UHGV virus genome: UHGV-0133287
Strand: one strand, 5' to 3'
Origin: a virus
DNA: 45,624 nucleotides
A program made the position numbers and the translations under genes. This document shows positions 28,310 to 37,371 of the stretch, one piece after another (the stretch's first letter is position 1; the number at the start of each line of letters is the position of its first letter). The notes under the pieces were generated by a model. The model was given only the letters and a program-made list of their open reading frames with translations. It was not told the origin of the DNA and did no database searches.

Positions 28310-28585
28310 TCACAGTAGTGCAGAAAAGAATAGCGGCTTAACTGCTTTCCTCACCTCACTAGCATACATCCCCGCAGCTATCTCAGTTGTGAACAAACGC
28401 CCTCCAACTAGCCATGCAACAGGTGCAGATGCCAGGGATGCCAATGCAATTTCATCGGTAGCAAGCTCTCTTTCAAGATACTCACGAAATCCGGGGTTAA
28501 TAGTTACCGTATCCAACATTCTCTGGCGCGCCACCTTACGTTCACGAATATGGGCGATCAATTGCTCTTTGGTACAAGTAGCCAC
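28310..28585 (-). CDS. hypothetical protein
   Basis: 91-aa ORF upstream of the pre-holin terminator. Confidence 0.3.
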   Translation of the reverse strand: MATCTKEQLIAHIRERKVARQRMLDTVTINPGFREYLERELATDEIALASLASAPVAWLVGGRLFTTEIAAGMYASEVRKAVKPLFFSALL

Positions 28586-28588
28586 AGG

Positions 28589-29089
28589 TTATCCCTTCCC
28601 ATCTTTGACTGTGCGATCAGCTTTTTCGCGTTTATGGCTCTCATAAAACCATCGGTGAAGCTCCATTAGCTCTTTATCAATAGGCTCATATTCACGGTCA
28701 AAATATGCCTGAGCATCTTTTTCATCTTCACTCGGTAACTCACCAGGACCAAACAAAGTGTTATAAATCCACATCAGTGCATTTTCTGCATTACCAGTTT
28801 CTCTCCATTCAATAATGGCAGCACGCATAACCAGGAGGTTTTTGCCAAAGAACAGATCGAGTTCTTTAAATCGCTTACGAATATATTCGTTTTCGCCTTC
28901 AAGAGCTGCGATGCGCTTATCTTTGCCTTCCTGCTCGTCCAGTAGTGCCAGCATAGCCTCTGGAGTTGCTAAATCCTGCCAGTTATCTGACGTGTCGCTT
29001 GCAGTTCGCAGCATAATTTCTTCTTCTGCTGCCTCACGCAGCGCCAGTGTGTCGATGTTGCTCATTGTGCCTCCTCGATTTCGTCCCAT
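28589..29089 (-). CDS. hypothetical protein (Ea22/Ead-like N-terminus)
   Basis: 166-aa ORF; internal start MSNIDTLALREAAEEE... shares its N-terminal pattern with 29292-29777. Confidence 0.35.
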   Translation of the reverse strand: MGRNRGGTMSNIDTLALREAAEEEIMLRTASDTSDNWQDLATPEAMLALLDEQEGKDKRIAALEGENEYIRKRFKELDLFFGKNLLVMRAAIIEWRETGNAENALMWIYNTLFGPGELPSEDEKDAQAYFDREYEPIDKELMELHRWFYESHKREKADRTVKDGKG

Positions 29090-29295
29090 TCCACCCAGGC
29101 ATTCTCTCCATCAGCATCGATTTCACCTTTGTGACCGCATTTGGAACAGACGGCCTCATCACCCGCCCACAAAGAATCTTTGGTTACCGACCATCCTGTT
29201 ACCTTGGCTTTGCCGTGCTGGCACTTAGGGCAATCATCAAGCCATTCGACTTCGACCGTTAACGGACCAAATCCATGTTCAGTTCGGATGCTCAT
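29062..29295 (-). CDS. small zinc-ribbon protein
   Basis: 77-aa ORF with CPKC...CSKC cysteine pairs. Confidence 0.35.
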   Translation of the reverse strand: MSIRTEHGFGPLTVEVEWLDDCPKCQHGKAKVTGWSVTKDSLWAGDEAVCSKCGHKGEIDADGENAWVEWDEIEEAQ

Positions 29296-29777
29296 AACTG
29301 AACTCCTTTGCGAATCTGGGCGGCTAACTCGTCACATATGTGCGTCAAAGAGCAAAGTTTGATTGATGGATGTTCTCGCATCATCTCTACCCCCTGTGCC
29401 CGCACTTCAGACAGGAAAGCATCAGTGGCTGGCATATTTCCTGTTGCCTTCATGGCCTCCAAAATAACCAGAACGCCATCTCTCCCAATCTCCTCACAGA
29501 TAACCTCGGTGCTGTCGCCAACAACATCGCAAAATGCCTGAACTGCTTTACGAGCCAGCTCACTCTCCGCCGACAGCGCCGCGAGATTAGTCTCAAGCTC
29601 TGCAATTCGGCACATTGCATCAATATTTGTGTCCTCCAGCCGCTTAATTTCATCCAGTAGCGCCAGCACAACCTGCGGTGTGACCTTCATACGAAACGCA
29701 AGCAATTTTTGCGGCGTTGCCACGACTTTTATTGCTTCTGCTGCCTCACGCAGTGCCTGGTAATTAATTTCGCTCAC
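29292..29777 (-). CDS. hypothetical protein (Ea22/Ead-like N-terminus)
   Basis: 161-aa ORF opening MSEINYQALREAAEAI..., a paralogous N-terminus to 28589-29089. Confidence 0.35.
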   Translation of the reverse strand: MSEINYQALREAAEAIKVVATPQKLLAFRMKVTPQVVLALLDEIKRLEDTNIDAMCRIAELETNLAALSAESELARKAVQAFCDVVGDSTEVICEEIGRDGVLVILEAMKATGNMPATDAFLSEVRAQGVEMMREHPSIKLCSLTHICDELAAQIRKGVQL

Positions 29778-30463
29778 TGGTTGCCCTCCTGAATACGCTT
29801 AAACTCAATTACCCATACCCACGGGTTAGATAGCCAGTTATCCTGCCCGTAAATACCGCGCCAGATATCACCAAAGCCAACGCGATAAACAGCTTCCGGC
29901 GGTGTAATCTTGTACGTCGCCGGAGATGCGCCTTCCGCTTTAGCATCTGCCTCGCTCATGTCATGCAGCCGTTCCACACGCACGTCGGTAATTTCCAGCA
30001 AAATACGCGAAGCCCAGCGCGGCATGTGAATTGATGGACGCCACCCGCCATCAAACTTTTCATTCACAGTGTGAGGTTTCCAGTCGGCATCATCGGGTAT
30101 CGACCATAAGCCGTAATCACCCGGCTTTTGCTCACAACTGGCCCGATAAATCCTTGCTGCGTTCTTCTCATCGCCACGACAAAGGTTGTCGTTCCAGTCC
30201 ACACTGCAACCATCCTCATTGCCTAATATCGCCCACGCCTCACGGACCCATATGCGATCACCAACGTTACCGAACGGGCATAAACCATGTTCAGGTGCAT
30301 CCATAACGTGGGTATAGACACCATTGCGTTTCTTTGTCGGTTTACGGATAACCAGGCAGTTATCGGCCCTGACATTTTTTACAGGTCGGCGAGTCTGCGT
30401 CTTCCTTCCTTCGAGGATGGCCCTAACCATATCGTCATTAAAAACAACACCACGTTCTTTCAT
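29774..30463 (-). CDS. ASCH/PUA-like domain protein
   Basis: 229-aa ORF with N-terminal AILEGRKTQTRRP and C-terminal WVWVIEFKRI, resembling ASCH-domain proteins such as YqfB. Confidence 0.4.
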   Translation of the reverse strand: MKERGVVFNDDMVRAILEGRKTQTRRPVKNVRADNCLVIRKPTKKRNGVYTHVMDAPEHGLCPFGNVGDRIWVREAWAILGNEDGCSVDWNDNLCRGDEKNAARIYRASCEQKPGDYGLWSIPDDADWKPHTVNEKFDGGWRPSIHMPRWASRILLEITDVRVERLHDMSEADAKAEGASPATYKITPPEAVYRVGFGDIWRGIYGQDNWLSNPWVWVIEFKRIQEGNQ

Positions 30464-30714
30464 TTAGAAGCCACCTTGTTCAATTTCCGGCGACAAGACA
30501 CGCAATCATCAGGACTCTCAAAAGTGTCTGGCTCACGGTAATCACCAAAATACATCCAACGGCCGCAAATGCTGGTTACTTCACCTTCATTAAAATAATG
30601 ATGTTTATTCGCCTTCATTGGCCTGACCCATCCGGCATTTTTCTTGCTCACTTCAACTCCTCCCGACGACGTTCCTGAAGCTCTAGCATTGCGGCTCGGA
30701 AATCCTGCCACCAT
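30460..30714 (-). CDS. hypothetical small protein with CxxC pairs
   Basis: 84-aa ORF; the real start may be the internal MKANKHHY. Contains CGRW and CVSC. Confidence 0.25.
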   Translation of the reverse strand: MVAGFPSRNARASGTSSGGVEVSKKNAGWVRPMKANKHHYFNEGEVTSICGRWMYFGDYREPDTFESPDDCVSCRRKLNKVASK

Positions 30715-31013
30715 TCCTCATCTGCAACGGGGGTGTTCCGCTCCAGCACCTTGTCCGCATCAGCGATCAGGTTTGCCAGACTCTTGTCTGAAATCTTCGT
30801 TACCGGAGTCGTTGGTTGCTCAACCTGCCCGATAGGTTTTATCGTGCTCAAAAGGAGGCGACGGCGGGAAAGTGGTGCCCCACAACGACGGCCATCTTCC
30901 TTGCGATATGTTTCTTTCGGACCAACACACCATGTTGTCGGCGTTTCGCGCAACTTCACTCTTTTCTCACCATCAATGGTGATGATTATTCCGGTATGGG
31001 TTTTGATGCTCAT
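30648..31013 (-). CDS. hypothetical protein
   Basis: 121-aa ORF in the same-strand operon; no motif recognised. Confidence 0.3.
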   Translation of the reverse strand: MSIKTHTGIIITIDGEKRVKLRETPTTWCVGPKETYRKEDGRRCGAPLSRRRLLLSTIKPIGQVEQPTTPVTKISDKSLANLIADADKVLERNTPVADEEWWQDFRAAMLELQERRREELK

Positions 31014-31312
31014 GCCACAGCCCCTCTCAACGGCTTAACTTTGGCTAATAAGGTGTTAAACAACATGGAGTTAGGATTCATGCCAAATGGCAATTCCGGT
31101 TTAGCGGAGTAGTACAGGCAACCATTTATTTTCCTGGTTGTTATCTGTCCTTCGGCAACCATGCTTCTCAGTCTGCAACGCATAGAGTTCTGCGACACAC
31201 CAATGTGCTCCGCGATTACGTCCACTTTTGAACATGGGTGATCGGTCAGGAAATTAATCACATCTTGGGGGTTAATAATTTTGCGTTTCATTGTCGAGGC
31301 GTCCTTATACAT
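31010..31312 (-). CDS. hypothetical DNA-binding protein
   Basis: 100-aa ORF preceded by the AT-rich palindromic motif at 31311-31337. Confidence 0.3.
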   Translation of the reverse strand: MYKDASTMKRKIINPQDVINFLTDHPCSKVDVIAEHIGVSQNSMRCRLRSMVAEGQITTRKINGCLYYSAKPELPFGMNPNSMLFNTLLAKVKPLRGAVA

Positions 31313-31336
31313 TTATATAAATATATAATTCTATAT

Positions 31337-31358
31337 ACGGCGGGAGACATCCCGCCGT
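31337..31358 (-). terminator. hairpin (possible attenuator) after the 355-aa gene
   Basis: Perfect 9-bp stem ACGGCGGGA-GACA-TCCCGCCGT followed on the minus strand by an AT-rich run that merges into the palindromic promoter motif. Confidence 0.35.
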
Positions 31359-31368
31359 AGGCTTACTG

Positions 31369-32436
31369 TCAGGCTTTCAATAGCGATTCTTTCAGATATC
31401 GGGCATCAGCCAGGGCGTTTGGAGTAATCTTGCGAACCCATGCATTACGGGTTGGACTCCACTTAAAGGCGCGTGATTTAAGCAGCGAACGAATGTTTGC
31501 CTCTGGTTTGCCAGGGAAATAAAACAGGATGCGGTTATCCTCTGGATCTATCTCCATAGAAAAGCCGTCGTATTCTTCGCGCTGTGCTCCTGTTACAGAC
31601 TTGACCGATTCAAGCTCCTTAATACGGCTCTGTAGTCGTTTGATTTCGGCGTTATTGTTGCTCAGTGCGTATGAAGGGAATCCGATGCGCCCACAGAAAT
31701 CTCCGGCCAGTAACTCTTTGGCTTCGCTTTCTGTAAACCTGAGATCGATTAATGCAGAAAGCTGCTGTAATTGGTCTTTTTTGTATTTGCGAATGGCCTT
31801 ATTTGCGGCCTTCATTTTGACGTGTGACTTCATGCAGCCTTGCAGCTTACGAAGCAACTTAAATAGCGCATCAGGATCATCAGACGAAATTCCATTACGA
31901 CCAACACCTGCGGCTTTGCTCTCGTAGTGTGATGCTTTACTTTCGCATTCAACAAACGCTTTTCTGAATAACGCATCAGCTTTAGACAAACGGCGGCGAT
32001 GGCCTTTCGCGCTATAATGGTCAACTAAAATCGGCTGGCCTAACGGGATCACATCCAACAGGTCATGCGCTCGCTTATGCGCTACCGCACCTTCTTTTCT
32101 GGCTTTTTCTGCACGAGCAATATATCGGGCAAGACGCGCGTTCTGGCGTTCCTGATAGGTGTTTACGTAATCATCTCCGCGCTGCTGCTGTTCAAGCCAT
32201 GCTTTGCGCAGATCTTCTGTTACGTCCACCAGCTCCGCAGGGATACAACCAGTTTGGGCTTCATAAGAGTAACCATCCTCATAGATACGCCCATCGTCTT
32301 CAACAAAGAAAAAGGTTTCGTGCTCATCGCTTTTGACCATACGACCATTAACATGGCGTAATAGGTAGCCAGTATCAGTGCTTAACAGGCTGTTAGGGTT
32401 GTTGATCCAGTCAGAAATAATTACTTGTTTATTCAT
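31369..32436 (-). CDS. hypothetical protein, first gene after leader copy B
   Basis: 355-aa ORF with a charged coiled-coil-like central region; possibly a DUF3560-like phage/plasmid protein (uncertain). Confidence 0.4.
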   Translation of the reverse strand: MNKQVIISDWINNPNSLLSTDTGYLLRHVNGRMVKSDEHETFFFVEDDGRIYEDGYSYEAQTGCIPAELVDVTEDLRKAWLEQQQRGDDYVNTYQERQNARLARYIARAEKARKEGAVAHKRAHDLLDVIPLGQPILVDHYSAKGHRRRLSKADALFRKAFVECESKASHYESKAAGVGRNGISSDDPDALFKLLRKLQGCMKSHVKMKAANKAIRKYKKDQLQQLSALIDLRFTESEAKELLAGDFCGRIGFPSYALSNNNAEIKRLQSRIKELESVKSVTGAQREEYDGFSMEIDPEDNRILFYFPGKPEANIRSLLKSRAFKWSPTRNAWVRKITPNALADARYLKESLLKA

Positions 32437-32557
32437 CAGATTTCTCCGGTTTAACCAGGGCGGGTATCGCTCGGTTTCGGGTATAACCTTAGGAAATTTT
32501 TTCCCACCTGTAAAGCACTTTTTATATAAATCTATAATTATATATTTATAGATTTTC
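32437..32557 (-). promoter_or_regulatory. conserved promoter/leader cassette, copy B (directly downstream of the Q-like gene)
   Basis: Near-identical to copies A and C over about 110 bp; begins 49 bp downstream of the Q-like gene stop. Confidence 0.5.
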
Positions 32558-32605
32558 GATGTTCCCGATGTCTACACACCATCAAAACAGCTCAAAATGA
32601 CACTT

Positions 32606-32983
32606 TCACTCTCTTCGCTTTTTCAAATAGTCGACAACATACGCCCTGGCTTTTGCCAGCTTCCGGCGATACTGTCTGAGACTAAGAGAAAGGGCGTGGG
32701 CTTTATCAATATGCGGTGCATTTATGTCGAGGCCCCGAATCTCCCACGCCCCGTATTCAATTCGGACAACCAGCGCCGCAGTCTCATCAACTACCGTGAG
32801 GGCCGTCACCGCTCCCTCGATACTGGTTTCCAGTGAGTCATTTGGTGCGCCGCCCCCTCCGGTAAACTGGCAACGCGTAACCATCATCATTTCTAACATC
32901 GACGCGAAACCGCTACGGGCGTTGCAGCCATTGCGCACCCACAGCGCCCATAGCTCAAACAAGCTATCCAGATCGCGTCTCAC
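32606..32983 (-). CDS. antitermination protein Q-like (QuuD-type)
   Basis: 125-aa ORF; N-terminus DLDSLFELWALWVRNG resembles the LERWGAWAANN pattern of small Q antiterminators such as DLP12 QuuD, and it sits after nin-like genes as in lambdoid phages. Confidence 0.5.
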   Translation of the reverse strand: MRRDLDSLFELWALWVRNGCNARSGFASMLEMMMVTRCQFTGGGGAPNDSLETSIEGAVTALTVVDETAALVVRIEYGAWEIRGLDINAPHIDKAHALSLSLRQYRRKLAKARAYVVDYLKKRRE

Positions 32984-32986
32984 TGT

Positions 32987-33319
32987 TCAGATCTCCCGTA
33001 TCGTGACGGGATAAAGCGCCTCTACCTGCTTTTTCTTCATGATGTAGACGTCTGTTCGCACACCTTTAGTGTCGACACAATCAATCGTCCCATCGTCATA
33101 AAACACCATGAAATCAAGTTTATAAACGACACCACCTGGCAGATGAAAAGGCACCTGCATAAGAAACGTCACAACGCGGCCAGCTTTTCTCAGTAGCTTC
33201 AGTTCGCAGTAGTAATCAGCCTCTTTTTTGCTATCAAAAGCGATATCATCGACAACAGTTTTTTTATTGCCGTATTTGCTTTTCCTGGTCGCTGGTTTGC
33301 GAAAGCCGGTATATCTCAT
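32987..33319 (-). CDS. conserved phage protein (nin-region-like)
   Basis: 110-aa ORF opening MRYTGFRKP...SKYGNKKT, a pattern I associate with small lambdoid nin-region proteins. Confidence 0.35.
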   Translation of the reverse strand: MRYTGFRKPATRKSKYGNKKTVVDDIAFDSKKEADYYCELKLLRKAGRVVTFLMQVPFHLPGGVVYKLDFMVFYDDGTIDCVDTKGVRTDVYIMKKKQVEALYPVTIREI

Positions 33320-33720
33320 TTGGTATCCCCTGGTACTTCACCAAGACTAAGATCAAACCCAATTTCGTCTTTAACTGACTGCGGCAACAGCTCCCACGTC
33401 TGCGCACACAAAAATTCATCGGTGCCATAACGCTCAACAAAGCGAGCACAATTACTCAGGGGAGGGTGACGAACGGCAATATGCGGAGGCACGCGCCCAC
33501 CACCAGGCACAACACCGCGATGATGTGGTGCGCACAACCCAAAGCTATGGAAGTGGCAATTCTCATCAACGCTGCCGTAATCAGGATCGTGATGTAGCTC
33601 CGTCCACAGCTCTGGATTCTCAATTTCACGGCCATCAATAATGCAAGCTATGCAACCCACGTGAGTGAGCACCGCTTGTATATAAAGTTTCTCTTTCTTC
33701 GTTGGTGTACGTCCGTTCAT
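33316..33720 (-). CDS. putative zinc-binding recombination nuclease (NinG/Ref-like)
   Basis: 134-aa ORF with GCIACIIDG, HHDPDYG, CHFHSFGLCAPHH Cys/His clusters resembling NinG/HNH-type proteins. Confidence 0.3.
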   Translation of the reverse strand: MNGRTPTKKEKLYIQAVLTHVGCIACIIDGREIENPELWTELHHDPDYGSVDENCHFHSFGLCAPHHRGVVPGGGRVPPHIAVRHPPLSNCARFVERYGTDEFLCAQTWELLPQSVKDEIGFDLSLGEVPGDTK

Positions 33721-33953
33721 CAGCGCCCCTTACCATTGATAAAGAGGTTGAACTCGTTGATTAACTGGACATACATGCTTCTGGCCGCGTAGTTCTTTGC
33801 CAGCTCTTTACGGGATGAGATCCCGCAAAACTCACGCAGAATCACAGAGGCCTCAGAACTGTTTGAAACGTTCTTCCCTGTTTTACTGGTCAGAAAGCGC
33901 CAGAATTGGGGATTCTGGCAATGCATCGCAGCACCGCGAACATAACTACTCAT
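33720..33953 (-). CDS. hypothetical protein
   Basis: 77-aa ORF in the nin-like cluster. Confidence 0.3.
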   Translation of the reverse strand: MSSYVRGAAMHCQNPQFWRFLTSKTGKNVSNSSEASVILREFCGISSRKELAKNYAARSMYVQLINEFNLFINGKGR

Positions 33954-34465
33954 TGATGGCCCCCGTCATTTCTGGTGCTTTTCACCGTGCGGCTTCTTAA
34001 AAACCTGCCATCACGAACAACAGACACTTCTCGTTTACCCAACCTCATTTCACGGCGGTAACATTCAGAAAATGCCTCGTCCGGCATCATATAAATGCGA
34101 CGCTTCGCCTCCGTATCCAGAAGGGAACGGCTTGGGGTTACATATAAAAACGACTCATCAATAGGGACAAAACCACGAGCAAGAATTGCTGGCAGAATGC
34201 CAGGAAGAACGCAGAAAACAGCTCCACGATGCAGCAACATCTGGTACTCCATGACCTCCGTTATCCCCGTGACTACTGTTACGGTGTCACGTCTGTTACG
34301 GCTGGCAACCAGTCGCTGCACACGTCCAATTTTCTGATCTACAGATAGATGTTTGCTATCGTTATCAATATGATCGATAACAAATCCTTTAATCGTTTGA
34401 TCAAGGTAGTGCACCACCTGCGATTGAATCTGGTGATTATCACCAAAGAAGGCCAGAATCATCAT
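33950..34465 (-). CDS. hypothetical protein
   Basis: 171-aa ORF following the Cro-like gene; no motif recognised. Confidence 0.3.
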   Translation of the reverse strand: MMILAFFGDNHQIQSQVVHYLDQTIKGFVIDHIDNDSKHLSVDQKIGRVQRLVASRNRRDTVTVVTGITEVMEYQMLLHRGAVFCVLPGILPAILARGFVPIDESFLYVTPSRSLLDTEAKRRIYMMPDEAFSECYRREMRLGKREVSVVRDGRFLRSRTVKSTRNDGGHQ

Positions 34466-34956
34466 TCCTCAAGCCTCCCAAGTGCTGAACGCCGGGCGTT
34501 GCTAATCTCCTTATGAATCAGCTCGATATCGCTGGAATCTTTATTCTTAAGCTCCAGCACGGTAATCGCATCACGAACCTCTGAAACGGTTACGTGTGAG
34601 TGTTTCCAGCGAGCAATGAATCGCGGACCGCGTAGATTGCAACGCTCCGCAGGCATCCCCAGCTCAGAGAAAACCGCTTTCAGCCTTGATAAGCAGTTAA
34701 CAGGGAGATTCCCTTTGATCTTGTTCTGCCGAACCGATGTGCCATCGCTACGCTGGCGCTGACGTTCGGCAAAATCTGCCGCCCATTGCTGGACGTTAAT
34801 CCGGCCTTCCGAATACGCCACCAGCAGCGTCAGGTTATCCGCACGAGGGAATCTCTCGAAGCGATACCAGGCACCAATCAGTGATGACGTAAAGCCAAAC
34901 TTTCTGGCAACACCAATTTGGCCTCCATTTTCGTCAACCCACTCCTGAAAGGTCAT
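34462..34956 (-). CDS. Cro-like HTH regulator (YdaS-like) with C-terminal extension
   Basis: 164-aa ORF divergent from the CI-like gene; N-terminus GGQIGVARKFGFTSSLIGAWYRF...RINVQQ resembles YdaS/Cro-type HTH proteins. Confidence 0.5.
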   Translation of the reverse strand: MTFQEWVDENGGQIGVARKFGFTSSLIGAWYRFERFPRADNLTLLVAYSEGRINVQQWAADFAERQRQRSDGTSVRQNKIKGNLPVNCLSRLKAVFSELGMPAERCNLRGPRFIARWKHSHVTVSEVRDAITVLELKNKDSSDIELIHKEISNARRSALGRLEE

Positions 34957-34975
34957 TTAACGAACTCCAGTTAAA

Positions 34976-35093
34976 ACCACGATATGTGGTATTAAAACCA
35001 CATATCGTGAGTTTTTCAATGGGCGAAACAAAAAATAACCTTCTATTTGTGGTCCACCTCTCGTCTTACCATGTGAAAACCACTAAATGTGGT
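34976..35093. promoter_or_regulatory. immunity operator cluster (ACCAC-N5-GTGGT)
   Basis: In the 174-bp divergent intergenic region: accacgatatgtggt (34976-34990), accacatatcgtga (34997-35010), inverted gtggtccacc (about 35048-35057), accactaaatgtggt (35079-35093). A fourth site accacattttgtggt lies at 35830-35844. Confidence 0.55.
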
Positions 35094-35130
35094 AATGTAT
35101 AAATAACCCACCATTCACGATTGATGAGAC

Positions 35131-35787
35131 ATGAAAAGCAACGACGAGAACATCAAGAAAGAAATAGGTCTGCGCATTCAGACTCTACGGAAACAATCCG
35201 GCATGACTGCCGGAGATCTCCAGCAAGTCACTGGAATAGGCTTAAGCACCTTGCAGAACTATGAGGCCGGATTAAGACAACCATCTATACCTGCCATCAA
35301 GAAAATCGCGCACGCCCTAAAAGCATCAGCGCCTTACATCGCGTGCTTAACAGATAACCCGTTCCCACCCCAGAATACTAACGCTCCTGTTATTCCTGGG
35401 CTTGTAGCTATAAAAAATGACATAGCATCGCACGCCGGAGAAAAGCCTGTGCTGGCGATAGAACAGGAGATTTTACGAAGCAAGAACATCAACCCATCGT
35501 CTCTGTCAGTTCTCCAGAGCAACGATGAGTTAATGTCACCAACAATATCCCCTGGCTCCCAAGTCCTGATTAATACAGACGATACAGAGATTCATGAGGG
35601 GATCTATGCCCTTGAAGACAGAAATGGCCTAGTTGTTTTGAGGCACTGTAGAGTCATACCGGGTGACAATGCTGTTATGCTGTCAACCGAAAGGGATGCT
35701 GAAATGAACACTAAGCATCTGAATAACGAGGAATTTAAGCGTTATAAAGTTCTTGGCCGCGTAGTTAGTGTTGTCAACTGGTTATGA
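35131..35787 (+). CDS. CI-like repressor (HTH-XRE plus S24 LexA-like peptidase domain)
   Basis: 218-aa ORF with an N-terminal HTH (LRKQSGMTAGDLQQVTGIGLSTLQNYEAG) and a C-terminal S24-like domain. Confidence 0.75.
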   Translation: MKSNDENIKKEIGLRIQTLRKQSGMTAGDLQQVTGIGLSTLQNYEAGLRQPSIPAIKKIAHALKASAPYIACLTDNPFPPQNTNAPVIPGLVAIKNDIASHAGEKPVLAIEQEILRSKNINPSSLSVLQSNDELMSPTISPGSQVLINTDDTEIHEGIYALEDRNGLVVLRHCRVIPGDNAVMLSTERDAEMNTKHLNNEEFKRYKVLGRVVSVVNWL

Positions 35788-35879
35788 TACACAGCACGGC
35801 GGAAGCCGTGCATTTCTACGCTCAAAAAAACCACATTTTGTGGTTTTGACAACATGTAAAAGTATAAAAGAGGCTACGC

Positions 35880-36254
35880 ATGGAATTACATACAGCCAAT
35901 AAAAACGAAACTCTGATCACTGCTGGAATCGAAATCCAAGCGTTGAACATAGCGATTGAGTGTATGTTATGCCAAATCATTGATAATGAGAAAGATATCG
36001 ACTGGATAGAATCTATCCTTCATCTGGCATCAGAACAAAAAGTCTGCCTCAAAACGGCCTTACAATACGATGTGCCAGCGGTATCGAAGCTGTGCCAGCC
36101 ATTGATGGCATATAACAGAGCTATTATTTCTGTATGCCTCATGATTCTCGATGAAAACACCCCTCTTAGCGACCGCTCAGAAGCTGCTCTAACCCTCTCA
36201 CGTAAACAGCGACAGCTAGCAAATCAACTGATATCAACGATAGCTGACCTCTGA
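35880..36254 (+). CDS. hypothetical protein downstream of repressor
   Basis: 124-aa ORF with AAGAGG RBS; an operator-like site overlaps its promoter region; followed by a hairpin at 36259-36278. Confidence 0.35.
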   Translation: MELHTANKNETLITAGIEIQALNIAIECMLCQIIDNEKDIDWIESILHLASEQKVCLKTALQYDVPAVSKLCQPLMAYNRAIISVCLMILDENTPLSDRSEAALTLSRKQRQLANQLISTIADL

Positions 36255-36389
36255 CTGCAAGCGGGCTAACGCCCGCTTATATGATTATAGATTTATATAA
36301 TTATATAAAACGCTTTTCATCCGCCAAAAAGTTGGTTATGCTTACCTCGTTCTATAAATATAGATTTATAGAATTATATAATCAAACAC

Positions 36390-37058
36390 ATGGAGTCTCG
36401 ACAAATGACTATCTCTGTAGGTATTTTCAACGGAAAAGGCGGCGTAACCAAATCAACAATTGCCCGTGCTTTAGCAGTTGCTTATGCAAAGGCTGGCTGG
36501 AATGTATGCCTGATCGATATGGATGTGCTTAACGGAACGGTAACGCGTTGGGTACAACGCAGAATGGCCAACAATATCGAACCAGCAATCGCGGCGCAGC
36601 CGTGCGGCACACCATCACAAGTCCAGAAAATCATCGAATCAGAAGTATACGACCTGGTTATCGTCGATGGCGGTGCCTACGCATCTGAATCAGTACCGAA
36701 GCTATCTGAATTTCTGGATATGGTTATTTTGCCAACCCGATTCTCTACCGATGACCTGGAAACCACCGTTAACACTGCTCACGGCATCGTTAAAAAGGGT
36801 GTACCAATCAAGAAAATTTGCATGGTGTTTTCCGGCGCGGCTGAAAACGAAGCTGACTATATTGAAGCCCAAGAGTACCTGGCTAATACGCCATACTTTG
36901 TTGTCGATAAGTACATTCCCCACAAGCCAGCTCTGAGCAAAGCTCAGGATAAGGGCTTAAGCCTCATTGAGTGCTCATACGTTGCACCACGCAAAAAGGC
37001 AGACGACGTTATTCAGGGGATTATCAACCAGCTTGAGGCTCTGACTACTGCCGCGTAA
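36390..37058 (+). CDS. parA: ParA-family partition ATPase (small ParF-like)
   Basis: 222-aa ORF with a deviant Walker A (GKGGVTKST). Alternative start at 36405 (MTISVG...). Confidence 0.8.
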   Translation: MESRQMTISVGIFNGKGGVTKSTIARALAVAYAKAGWNVCLIDMDVLNGTVTRWVQRRMANNIEPAIAAQPCGTPSQVQKIIESEVYDLVIVDGGAYASESVPKLSEFLDMVILPTRFSTDDLETTVNTAHGIVKKGVPIKKICMVFSGAAENEADYIEAQEYLANTPYFVVDKYIPHKPALSKAQDKGLSLIECSYVAPRKKADDVIQGIINQLEALTTAA

Positions 37059-37093
37059 TATATAATTATAGATTTATATAAGAGGGGATACAC

Positions 37094-37342
37094 ATGGCCG
37101 CACCATCAAAACCACCAAAGAAGAACAGCAAAGGCGTACCGCCATCGATCGAACAACCGCAGGTTTTCGACCCGACTGAAACGCCAACCAGAACCAAATC
37201 AGGTGGGGCACAAATGGCGTTTAACGTCGACCCTGAATTTAAACGCGAGTACAAAACGTTCGCCAGCTCAATGGATATGTCATTGAAAGAAGTGCTGACA
37301 AAATCTTTTGAGTTACTCAAGGCTCAATACAACCAGAAGTAA
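37094..37342 (+). CDS. small partition DNA-binding protein (ParG-like, RHH)
   Basis: 82-aa ORF 36 bp after parA; basic disordered N-terminus, C-terminal AFNVDPEFKREYKTFASSMDMSLKEVLTKSFELL consistent with a ribbon-helix-helix fold. Confidence 0.45.
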   Translation: MAAPSKPPKKNSKGVPPSIEQPQVFDPTETPTRTKSGGAQMAFNVDPEFKREYKTFASSMDMSLKEVLTKSFELLKAQYNQK

Positions 37343-37371
37343 GAGAAGGTGACGGCCTCCAGCGCCAACTG

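Noticed and set aside
35794-35811. Hairpin GCACGGC-GGAA-GCCGTGC after the repressor gene as an intrinsic terminator
   Set aside because: Good stem but no following U-tract (ATTTCTACG); kept only as a possible weak stop, not annotated.
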